Shown: in pieces, positions 9,598 to 17,268 of the stretch
Numbering within the stretch: position 1 is the stretch's first letter
How the letters are laid out: each line of letters starts with the position of its first letter
Source of the DNA: a virus
Strand: one strand, 5' to 3'
Length of the DNA stretch: 64,000 nucleotides
IMG/VR virus record: IMGVR_UViG_3300016484_000735
Location: 14,418 to 78,417 of that record
Translations under genes and position numbers: made by a program
Notes under the pieces: model-generated
The model's input: only the letters and a program-made list of their open reading frames with translations
Databases searched by the model: none
Told to the model about the DNA's origin: nothing

Positions 9598-9876
9598 ATG
9601 AACACCCTTGAACAGGTCCGTTCCGCCCTCGTCGCCAAGGCCGTTGATGCCACTGAGCTCCGCCTGGCACCGTTCGAGGAGAAGTTCTACGTTCGACACA
9701 CCTCGGAGACCGGTGAGGGCGTTCTGATCTCGGTCCGGAAGACCGACGGTCTGAATGAACTCCTGGTGTACGGTGTCTCCCTGAAGCAGAACGCTGGGTT
9801 CACGCAGTACCTGAAGTTCGCCGGCACTCCCGAGACCCTGGCTGAAGAACTCGTGGCCTCGTTCGCCGCGTACTAA
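9598..9876 (+). CDS. Early hypothetical protein
   Basis: ORF track; codon bias. Confidence 0.7.
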   Translation: MNTLEQVRSALVAKAVDATELRLAPFEEKFYVRHTSETGEGVLISVRKTDGLNELLVYGVSLKQNAGFTQYLKFAGTPETLAEELVASFAAY

Positions 9877-9954
9877 AAATCCACAAGTTCCGATGTACAA
9901 GTTCTGAGGGCGTGTTATAGTACACCTATCGACACACGAACCGGAACCGCGAAC

Positions 9955-10287
9955 ATGAACATGGACTTCTTCGAACTGCAGGCCCTGTCCCAAATGCAGG
10001 CCTCCTTCAAGAACACGAAGGAGTTCAACGGAGTTCGGGTGGTGATGGTCGATCACGTTGACCAGTACCGTGAAGACTTCAAGGTCACCGTGTACGGTGA
10101 AGGCGAGTACTGGGACCTGGAGATCACGATCCTCGAAGGTCAGATCCTGATCAGCGGGTTCGAGGACGAGTCGGTCGTGGGTTCTGGCACGATCGCTCTG
10201 AAGTACCGTGAAGGCGAGAAGTCCTGTAACACCGTCGCCCGCTGCCTGTCCCGGATCGCCGAAGAGATCGAGTTCCGGTCGAACTGA
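9955..10287 (+). CDS. Early hypothetical protein
   Basis: Cassette promoter and leader upstream. Confidence 0.7.
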   Translation: MNMDFFELQALSQMQASFKNTKEFNGVRVVMVDHVDQYREDFKVTVYGEGEYWDLEITILEGQILISGFEDESVVGSGTIALKYREGEKSCNTVARCLSRIAEEIEFRSN

Positions 10288-10382
10288 TACATCCATCAGA
10301 ACTTCGTTACACTTCACCAGTGTACAAGTTCTGAGGGCATGTTATAGTAACACTATCGACACACGAACCGGAGCTACGAACC

Positions 10383-10628
10383 ATGAACGCCAAGAACCTG
10401 CACGCCGCTCTGTCTGCCCACACCGACACCCGTCACCTGGTTCTGCACGTGCTGCCGCTGCAAGGCGAGAAGTTCTATGTTCGTGTGATCGGCAAGACCG
10501 AAGTGGTTCGTGTGAAGATCACCGTCGGTGACAGCATCCAGTACGTCGCCGAGACCACCAAGAAGGGTGACGTCACCGGCACCGCCAAGGATCTGAACGA
10601 GCTGAAGTCGTTCCTGATGAAGCTCTGA
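10383..10628 (+). CDS. Early hypothetical protein
   Basis: Cassette promoter and leader with GGAG. Confidence 0.7.
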   Translation: MNAKNLHAALSAHTDTRHLVLHVLPLQGEKFYVRVIGKTEVVRVKITVGDSIQYVAETTKKGDVTGTAKDLNELKSFLMKL

Positions 10629-10749
10629 TCGTTACAACCTCCGGAGATCGTTACACTTTCACTGAACCTGAATCCTCGAACCGTGTTATAGTAACACTGT
10701 CGACAACGACATCAACCACCCTCCAGCACTTCGTCAAAGGAACACCACC

Positions 10750-11301
10750 ATGACCGCTACCGCCACCGTCCTGTCCCTGATCCCCAGCACCCGCGCCATG
10801 ATCTCCGGCACGAAGACCACGCTGTTCGACGCCGCTGTGGCCCTCGGCACCGGTCGTGTCACCGTCGCCCTGCGCGACAACGGCGAGAAGATCAACGGTA
10901 CCCTGGTGTTCATCGGCGGTGACGTCGGCGAGGTCGGCAGCACGGTGAACGCCCTGAACGCCCGGAACAAGGCGAAGTACGGCACGCACCTGATCCTGGG
11001 CACCGTGGACCTGGTGGTCCAAGAAACCGAAGGTGATCCCCTGGTCGCGATCTCCGACGTGAACGCCGACATCGACGTCGACCTGAACACCAAGGCCGCT
11101 CTGTTCACCGTCGCCGACACCAGCACCGTGTCCGCCGAGACCGTGACCGTCGTGAAGGCCAAGGACGGCACCGTCGTCGCCGCTGACGTCACCGTCGAGA
11201 CCGCCGAACTCCTGATCGCCAAGGCCAAGGCCGGCAAGCAAGCTGCCCTGAAGATCGCCAGCTCCACCGACCTCCTGATCGCCGAAGCCGTCGAGGCCTG
11301 A
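10750..11301 (+). CDS. Early hypothetical protein, beta-rich, strongly biased codons
   Basis: AAAGGA RBS; followed by a terminator-like hairpin. Confidence 0.75.
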   Translation: MTATATVLSLIPSTRAMISGTKTTLFDAAVALGTGRVTVALRDNGEKINGTLVFIGGDVGEVGSTVNALNARNKAKYGTHLILGTVDLVVQETEGDPLVAISDVNADIDVDLNTKAALFTVADTSTVSAETVTVVKAKDGTVVAADVTVETAELLIAKAKAGKQAALKIASSTDLLIAEAVEA

Positions 11302-11328
11302 TCCCCGACCGCCGGTTACGACCGGCCA

Positions 11329-11366
11329 GAAACACCCAGCGCCGTTACAGGTTCTGGGTGTTTTCG
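11329..11366 (+). terminator. Rho-independent terminator-like hairpin
   Basis: aaacacccag...ctgggtgttt followed by a T-rich tract. Confidence 0.6.
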
Positions 11367-11372
11367 TTTCTG

Positions 11373-11644
11373 AGTTCTTGTGGTACAATGATTCATCATC
11401 TGGAGAACTGAACCATGAAGAACTTCATCAAGGCTCTGATCGAACGTCTGACGAAGATCTCTCCCGCCGTCGGTGCTGCTCGCATCGAGGCTGAACTCGC
11501 TCGCCGTCAGGCAGCGTTCGTTCAAGAACTGCGTTCGAAGGTGCTGTAACGGATCCGTTACGATAAAGGTGCGTCCAAAGAACCTGAACTGAAGTTCTTG
11601 TGGTACAATGATTCATCATCTGGAGAACTGAGCCATGAAGAACT
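11373..11644 (+). repeat. 52-bp direct repeat (11373-11424 / 11593-11644, 1 mismatch) = promoter, RBS and MKN start
   Basis: agttcttgtggtacaatgattcatcatctggagaactga[a/g]ccatgaagaact; 220-bp period. Confidence 0.95.
11415..11549 (+). CDS. 44-aa basic amphipathic peptide missing from ORF track (MKNFIKALIERLTKISPAVGAARIEAELARRQAAFVQELRSKVL)
   Basis: Own promoter and GGAG RBS; stop TAA within perfect palindrome gtaacggatccgttac (11546-11561). Confidence 0.75.
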   Translation: MKNFIKALIERLTKISPAVGAARIEAELARRQAAFVQELRSKVL

Positions 11645-11886
11645 GGAACCTGATTCGCTCGAAGCAGACCTTCAACGAGTTCACCACCGCTCTGCGTCAC
11701 AACATCGAACGCGACGGCCCGGTTCTGGTCGAACTGCGGGATGGCACGAAGGTCGTCGTTCAGAACGGCACGCCCGAAGAACTTCTGGAGAACCAGATCG
11801 CGTTCCGGACCCGGGACTTCCGGCGGATCTGGAATGCCGATGGTTCGTCGGTGACCTCCGAGAACCTCGACATCATCGAGTTCTGA
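11635..11886 (+). CDS. Early hypothetical protein
   Basis: Second copy of the promoter/RBS repeat upstream. Confidence 0.75.
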   Translation: MKNWNLIRSKQTFNEFTTALRHNIERDGPVLVELRDGTKVVVQNGTPEELLENQIAFRTRDFRRIWNADGSSVTSENLDIIEF

Positions 11887-11914
11887 ACACCCACGACGAA
11901 CTAGGAACCACATC

Positions 11915-12316
11915 ATGATCAAGGCGCCTCGCACCGCTCAAGGTTTCACGATGATCGAACTGATCGTCGCGATCGTTCTGATCGGTGTCCTCGCCGCAGT
12001 GTCCGTCCCGCGTTTCCTTGACGCGAAGCCGAACGCGCAGAGCGCCATCAAGAGCCACGTGATCTCGGTGATTCGTACCGGAGACGCGATGAACAACTCG
12101 ATTCGATACGCCACGAACTACACGATGGGCGTTCGAACCTTCGGGATGCCGTGTAACTTCGTGATTCCGAGCGTCGTTCAGTCCGGCAAGCTTCCGCCCG
12201 GCTTCATCATCTACGCCGGCATCATCGTGACCGGGAACGTCGGTGAAACGTTCAACTGCCAGATGCGAGGTCCGGACAACGTGAATTTCACGGTGCCGAT
12301 CACGATCGTGATGTAA
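11915..12316 (+). CDS. Type IV pilin-like protein (prepilin N-terminal cleavage/methylation motif)
   Basis: K..R..QG|FTMIELIVAIVLIGVLAAVSVPRF: G-1/F+1, E+5, P+22 class III signal; two C-terminal Cys. Confidence 0.9.
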   Translation: MIKAPRTAQGFTMIELIVAIVLIGVLAAVSVPRFLDAKPNAQSAIKSHVISVIRTGDAMNNSIRYATNYTMGVRTFGMPCNFVIPSVVQSGKLPPGFIIYAGIIVTGNVGETFNCQMRGPDNVNFTVPITIVM

Positions 12317-12329
12317 CACCACCGCGACG

Positions 12330-12382
12330 AATACAGCATTAGGTGCTGAATAAAAACGAAGGGACTCATCCGAGTCCTTTTT
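12330..12382 (+). terminator. Conserved 3' element copy A (AATACAGCATTAGGTGCT) plus terminator hairpin
   Basis: 18-nt identity to copies at 27129 (+) and 53108 (-); aagggactc-atcc-gagtccttt then T tract. Confidence 0.75.
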
Positions 12383-12597
12383 GGGCTTTCCGCACACCGG
12401 GCTGATACTCTGTTCAGGCCAAGGAATTCCGCCCCAGGGACCGCTCAGAACGCTCCGCTTCCGACACTCGTAGTGTAAGATCCACCCCGCTTTTGACGGT
12501 CCCTGGCGCCGCCCTCCGGACTCTGTAACAGCTCAAAAAGCCGAACACTCGTCGAAGTTCTGGTGTATAATGATTCATCAACGAACTGGAGATCGAG

Positions 12598-12927
12598 ATG
12601 ACCGAAGCGAACCGTGGTACCGAGATCATGAACCTGTTCCCGGCAGCGTTCTACGCCACGAAGTCGACCTCGATGAACAGCGTCGAGTTCAGCACTGTGG
12701 GCGAGAACGAAGTGAGCTTCACCTGCACGTGCTCGAACACCGGACGTCCGCTGATCGTCACCATCAAGATCAACGTCGATAACTTCGCGATCGCCAAGAT
12801 CCAGAACGGCAAGAACATCCACACCGCAGGCTTCGTGCCGGCTCGTGTGATCACTCAAGAAGTCGTTGAAGACCTGGTGATGGCGATCAGCAATCAGATC
12901 GACGAGATGTTCTTCCTGGAGATCTGA
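12598..12927 (+). CDS. Early hypothetical protein, paralogue 1
   Basis: MTEANRGTEIMNLFPAAFYATKSTSMNSVEF; near-identical N-terminus to next gene. Confidence 0.8.
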   Translation: MTEANRGTEIMNLFPAAFYATKSTSMNSVEFSTVGENEVSFTCTCSNTGRPLIVTIKINVDNFAIAKIQNGKNIHTAGFVPARVITQEVVEDLVMAISNQIDEMFFLEI

Positions 12928-12991
12928 TCAAGAGCCGAACACGCGACGAAGTTCTGGTGTATAATGAACCATGAACGAACTGGAGATCGAG

Positions 12992-13315
12992 ATGACTGAA
13001 CAGAACCGCGGCACTGAGTTCATGAACCTGTTCCCGACCGCGTTCTACTCCACGAAGACGACCTCGATGAACAGCGTCGAGTTCCAAGTCACGAACGAGG
13101 ACAAGGTCACGTTCACCTGCACGTCCTCGCACACCGGACGACCGGTCCTCGTCACGATCGAGTTCGGTAAGAACTTCGCCGTCGTCACCGCCTTCGATGG
13201 CACGAACGCCGATCGTGCAGCACCGGTGTTCGCTCCGGTGATCACGCTCGCCTCGGTCGAAATGCTCGTCGAGAGCATCAGCGACCTGATCGAGAACCTG
13301 TTCTACCGGTTCTGA
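12992..13315 (+). CDS. Early hypothetical protein, paralogue 2
   Basis: MTEQNRGTEFMNLFPTAFYSTKTTSMNSVEF; duplicated promoter/RBS; start set by analogy. Confidence 0.8.
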   Translation: MTEQNRGTEFMNLFPTAFYSTKTTSMNSVEFQVTNEDKVTFTCTSSHTGRPVLVTIEFGKNFAVVTAFDGTNADRAAPVFAPVITLASVEMLVESISDLIENLFYRF

Positions 13316-13696
13316 TCAAGAACCGATCGGGAACTCGAGCCGCATCGTCTCGGTCAAGTTCAACCGAAGGTAAGTGAGATCGATGATCGCCACGATCGCG
13401 TTGTTGTCCGGCAGAGCCAGAACGACCAGCTCGTCCAGCTGAACTCGAGGTTCAGCGGCGATCACAGTCCGGAGCTGCGATTCGATCGTCGACACGGTAT
13501 CCTCGTCCAACGGTTCGAACGCCATCATCGGAATCGTCGTGCCGAAGTCCGGGTTCATCGGACGCTCGCCCTTGATCGTCCAGATCGCGTTCAGCAGATC
13601 TCGCTTCACGGTCTCGATTCCAGAAGTTCCGAACGATCGGTCCTTGCGCTCCAGTTGAGAAGCGGTGCTGAACCCACGATAGATCATCTTAGCCAT
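13316..13696 (-). CDS. gp25: Baseplate wedge subunit gp25-like
   Basis: MAKMIYRGFST...VKRDLLNAIWTIKGERPMNPDFGTTI...IAAEPRVQL = GPW/gp25 family signature. Confidence 0.9.
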   Translation of the reverse strand: MAKMIYRGFSTASQLERKDRSFGTSGIETVKRDLLNAIWTIKGERPMNPDFGTTIPMMAFEPLDEDTVSTIESQLRTVIAAEPRVQLDELVVLALPDNNAIVAIIDLTYLRLNLTETMRLEFPIGS

Positions 13697-13703
13697 TTTA
13701 CCC

Positions 13704-14813
13704 TCACTTCTTCCAATGTGCGCCTCGCGGCGAGGACGAGATTGGTCGCTCCCACGGTTCGTGCTGAGGCACGATCGTCGGTGCAGTAGCACACGCCGCC
13801 TCTGCTGCACTCGGTCCGTTCAAGTGAATCGCACTCCCGGTCGCCAACAGGTTCCCACTCGCCAAGAAGTTCATCGCCGCACCTGAAGTGATGTTCACTC
13901 CGGCACCCGTCACTCCCAACGATCCACAAGCAGTCAGTCGAGCGTCACCACCAGCCAGCAGGTTCAGAGTCGTCCCAGCGCTGATGTTCACCGATCCGCT
14001 CGCCGCCAGGTTCAGATTCCCACCAGCAGCGATCGACACGGACTCAGCAGCGAACAGGTGCACGTGCCCGTCCTTGTCGATCTCGAGGTACGCCTGCCCA
14101 CCAGCCACTGACAAGTAGATCCGTTCGTTCGCATCGTCGAAGATGATCTGATGACCCTCTGCCGTCTTGAACCGCAACCGACTGTTCGCTGGGTTATCCT
14201 GCATCAGGATCGCGTGCCGACCAGGAGTCGTGATGCAGAACGTCTGTGACTCCAACTCGCCAACACCCTTCGTCCCTACCGGCACAGTCCGCGTCTGATA
14301 CCCCTCAGTACTGTTCTTCTCATCCGCGGGTTGTGCTGCCTGTCGTTCGTACGCACCACGCGTCTGAGCGATCGACGAACTCAGATCACCGAACTGTGCC
14401 TTCAGGTTCGAAGCAGCAGGTTCCAGAACCCCACCAGAATCAGTCGTCAGATTCCCAGCACCATCGTTCCGACCCACCGGCAACGACCGGTTCCCGTGCT
14501 CTCGGAACACCGACCCGATGTACACCCGCTGGTTGTAGTCACCGTACAGGAACATCACCAGCACCTGCGCACCGATCTTCGGAATCGCCCAGAACCCGTA
14601 CGACACCGGTCCATCAGACACTCCACCGCCACCACCCGGATAACTGTACGCCTGCCCAGCGAACGGCGACATGTACACCGCCCACGGCAACGTCTCAACA
14701 TCAGAGATCACATCACCATCGATCGCCGGACACCACACGCGCAGACGACCCATCTCCTGTGGATCGCTCGTATCGACCACGATCCCTTCAACAACGAACG
14801 GCGCATCAATCAT
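13704..14813 (-). CDS. gp5: Baseplate central spike, gp5/VgrG-like (OB-fold plus beta-helix, no lysozyme)
   Basis: GIVVDTSDPQEMGRLRVWCP, P.IG..V.V.F..GD, TAEGHQIIFDD repeats. Confidence 0.8.
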   Translation of the reverse strand: MIDAPFVVEGIVVDTSDPQEMGRLRVWCPAIDGDVISDVETLPWAVYMSPFAGQAYSYPGGGGGVSDGPVSYGFWAIPKIGAQVLVMFLYGDYNQRVYIGSVFREHGNRSLPVGRNDGAGNLTTDSGGVLEPAASNLKAQFGDLSSSIAQTRGAYERQAAQPADEKNSTEGYQTRTVPVGTKGVGELESQTFCITTPGRHAILMQDNPANSRLRFKTAEGHQIIFDDANERIYLSVAGGQAYLEIDKDGHVHLFAAESVSIAAGGNLNLAASGSVNISAGTTLNLLAGGDARLTACGSLGVTGAGVNITSGAAMNFLASGNLLATGSAIHLNGPSAAEAACATAPTIVPQHEPWERPISSSPRGAHWKK

Positions 14814-16890
14814 TCTTCTTCACCCTATAATCTGCCGAAGCAGCGAACACGTTGTGCGAGTACAACTCCAGATCCTGAGTGAACGCGTGACCACGAATCA
14901 CGTTCGTCAGACGGAACACGGTGTAGTACTGATCGCTCAGAATCGACACGCTGTACGGCGGCGAGTTCTCCTCGTTCGTCCGGAAGTCAACCGCCGGTCC
15001 CGACACGTTCAACTTCACGAACACAGGACTCACTGCGTACGACGCCTCAGACAGGATAGAATCGTTAGCAGTCAAAGAACCATCAGGAGACTTCGTCAGA
15101 CCCTTGTTCAACCCTAGAATCCGATCCTCCAGATCCTTCCGGTACGCCTCCTTCGTCCCAGCAGTGCCAACCCCTCCTGCTGACCCTTCTCCTGCTGGAT
15201 GCAGGAGCGTCATGCCCAGGTTGAACTTGTGCATGATCAGAGGGTTCCCCTTGATCGTGATCGACGTCTGCACTGGTGAGCCGGCCCAGAACATCGAGAG
15301 GTTCTTCTTGTACTGTTGATGCGCGGCAGTGGCATCTTGATCCTTCTTACCCGCGACACCAGCCAGGTTACTGAACGCCTTCAGTGCCGCCTGGGTGTCT
15401 GCAGGCATCAGGATAGGATCGTACTCCCGGGTGCCCAGGGCGTCCCTGGAGGACTGCTTGGTAGCCTGGTCCGGGACGGTTCCTGAGTCCGCCGCAGTGT
15501 TCGTGTATTCCGGACCAATCTTGAGGTTCGACGCCAGCAGAACATTGAAGTCCTGAATCTTCATGTCGAAGTTCAGAACGTCCTTGTTCTTCCCGGTGAA
15601 GATGTAATCGTATTCGAGCAGATCCTTCGGCACCCTTCGCTCGACCCTCTGCGACCCTTGAACAGATTCTGTACGATATGCGCCCGCGTCGCCCGATACT
15701 GCGCTCGAATTCTTCGATCGTGCGATGATGTTCGGCACCTTGAACTCGACGACATTAACGTGAACGCACAGTTCCGTCTTCGAGGAGGTCAATCCCGTAA
15801 AGAACTTGTAGAACGTGATAACGTCGCTGTCGGCTCCGGCCGACTCCTGCGTCTTGAAGTTCCCCATTCTCGCAACGTCGGGAACCTGAGAGAACATAGA
15901 ATCAAGGATATCGGTGATCGCAGCCCCAGGATATGTGCTGAAATTACTATCAACGATCTTCACGGTGTCTACGCCGGCCTTGTTCGTGAACTTCGTCTCT
16001 GTCTTCTTGCCATCTGCTGGACCCTGCACCGTGAACTTCTTCCACTGTTCTGGAATAGTGATCTGGTACTTCACGAGGCGTCCGTACGGTTTCTGCAGTT
16101 CTGCCTTCTGTTCTGCTGCGAGTCCCTGCGTCCCCCGGCCCCCTCCGACGCGTGCGCCGGCAACTGCTCGCTGAACATCGTCATAGAACTTCTTTGAATT
16201 CTCGTTCAACCGGAGCTCGAAGTTCTGAATCAGACCACCGAGTTCGTTACCCTTTCCGGTGCTGTACGTGGTGCTCATGCCTACCGACAGGAACCGACGG
16301 TTCTTACGAACATCGAAGTTCAGGTTCGGCATGAATTCGAGCTTGTAGATACCCTTCGCGTAATTCAGATCGATGTCCATCGAGAGCAGGTGCATCGGAA
16401 TCGTTTCGGTCTGAATCGTCTTCGTGCTCCCGTCTTCGTTCTGACCGACAAAAATAGTCCGAAGCATGAACACGAGACCATCGAAATTCGTCTTCAGCTT
16501 CTGATCCATCAGGTACTGCATGAAGTGCGCGAAGCTGATTCCGACGGAATCGATCACGGTCATCGTGAGATCGGTGGCAAGGTTACTAGTGGAGCCACCC
16601 TTGGTCAGAGCGTTCACGTGAACGTCGTACTTCAGCTCGTCGATCGTGAACTGAGAGAATCGACGAGTATCGATCACCAGGAACACATCGTTCTGACTGT
16701 CACCGAAGACCACGGGATCACCGAGGGCGTGCGTGTTATTCACGGCGTCCAGAGTGCTGTTCGCGTTCTGATCATCGGCGAATTTCGAGGCATCGATCGT
16801 AGTCCGGCACGCAAGGAGTACGTAGTGCACCGAGTACGTGTGGAACTCGTCGAGCGGGTTCTTCAGGACGGATTTATTCAGAACGGTCAT
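14806..16890 (-). CDS. Baseplate hub protein (gp27/GpD-like)
   Basis: Position between spike and gp53-like gene; C-terminal SITIKGNP motif. Confidence 0.55.
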   Translation of the reverse strand: MTVLNKSVLKNPLDEFHTYSVHYVLLACRTTIDASKFADDQNANSTLDAVNNTHALGDPVVFGDSQNDVFLVIDTRRFSQFTIDELKYDVHVNALTKGGSTSNLATDLTMTVIDSVGISFAHFMQYLMDQKLKTNFDGLVFMLRTIFVGQNEDGSTKTIQTETIPMHLLSMDIDLNYAKGIYKLEFMPNLNFDVRKNRRFLSVGMSTTYSTGKGNELGGLIQNFELRLNENSKKFYDDVQRAVAGARVGGGRGTQGLAAEQKAELQKPYGRLVKYQITIPEQWKKFTVQGPADGKKTETKFTNKAGVDTVKIVDSNFSTYPGAAITDILDSMFSQVPDVARMGNFKTQESAGADSDVITFYKFFTGLTSSKTELCVHVNVVEFKVPNIIARSKNSSAVSGDAGAYRTESVQGSQRVERRVPKDLLEYDYIFTGKNKDVLNFDMKIQDFNVLLASNLKIGPEYTNTAADSGTVPDQATKQSSRDALGTREYDPILMPADTQAALKAFSNLAGVAGKKDQDATAAHQQYKKNLSMFWAGSPVQTSITIKGNPLIMHKFNLGMTLLHPAGEGSAGGVGTAGTKEAYRKDLEDRILGLNKGLTKSPDGSLTANDSILSEASYAVSPVFVKLNVSGPAVDFRTNEENSPPYSVSILSDQYYTVFRLTNVIRGHAFTQDLELYSHNVFAASADYRVKKND

Positions 16891-17258
16891 ACGATCGGCA
16901 GGATAGCGAGAGGAACTTCACGGGTGCTCGGAACGCCACCAGTCTTTCCGGTAGTCAGGGTGCTCAGGCGATCGGCGGACGGGATCTGCAGGACGCGACC
17001 TTCGGCGATCTCGTTGTACGGATCCAGAATATTGTTCAGCATCGCGATCACCCACCACAGCGTGCTGTCGCCGAGCTGCGAAGCTGCGATCAGATCGATT
17101 CTATGTGCGAACTTCTTCTCGACGACGTAGAACGTGTCGTCATCAGCCGGCAGCAGAACGTTCCGCTCGAACCATTCAAGGCGGTTCGCGCTCACTTCGG
17201 TGGTCCCACCCGCGACGTACCGGGAGTTCGAGTAACTCACAGAATTCTTATCGGCCAT
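16887..17258 (-). CDS. Baseplate wedge gp53/LysM-like protein
   Basis: RIDLIAASQLGDSTLWWVIAMLNNILDP...GRVLQIP. Confidence 0.75.
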   Translation of the reverse strand: MADKNSVSYSNSRYVAGGTTEVSANRLEWFERNVLLPADDDTFYVVEKKFAHRIDLIAASQLGDSTLWWVIAMLNNILDPYNEIAEGRVLQIPSADRLSTLTTGKTGGVPSTREVPLAILPIV

Positions 17259-17268
17259 CGTTCGTACC

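Noticed and set aside
12330-12356. preQ1-I riboswitch reading of the hairpin plus A-tract element
   Set aside because: The 5-nt loop is too short for the preQ1 pseudoknot, and all copies lie 3' of genes rather than in leaders.
12383-12530. tRNA or tmRNA in the structured gap
   Set aside because: No cloverleaf, T-loop GTTCRA in the right context, or CCA end recognised; no tRNA seen anywhere in the window.
2521-13315. CRISPR array interpretation of the early-region repeats
   Set aside because: Repeats are degenerate, irregularly spaced (200-3500 bp), contain promoters and separate whole ORFs; no cas genes.
2521-13315. Canonical integron
   Set aside because: No integrase or attI in the window; GTAAC-GTTAC spacers (6-13 nt) are far shorter than attC sites and cassettes have their own promoters. 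Kept only as an analogy.
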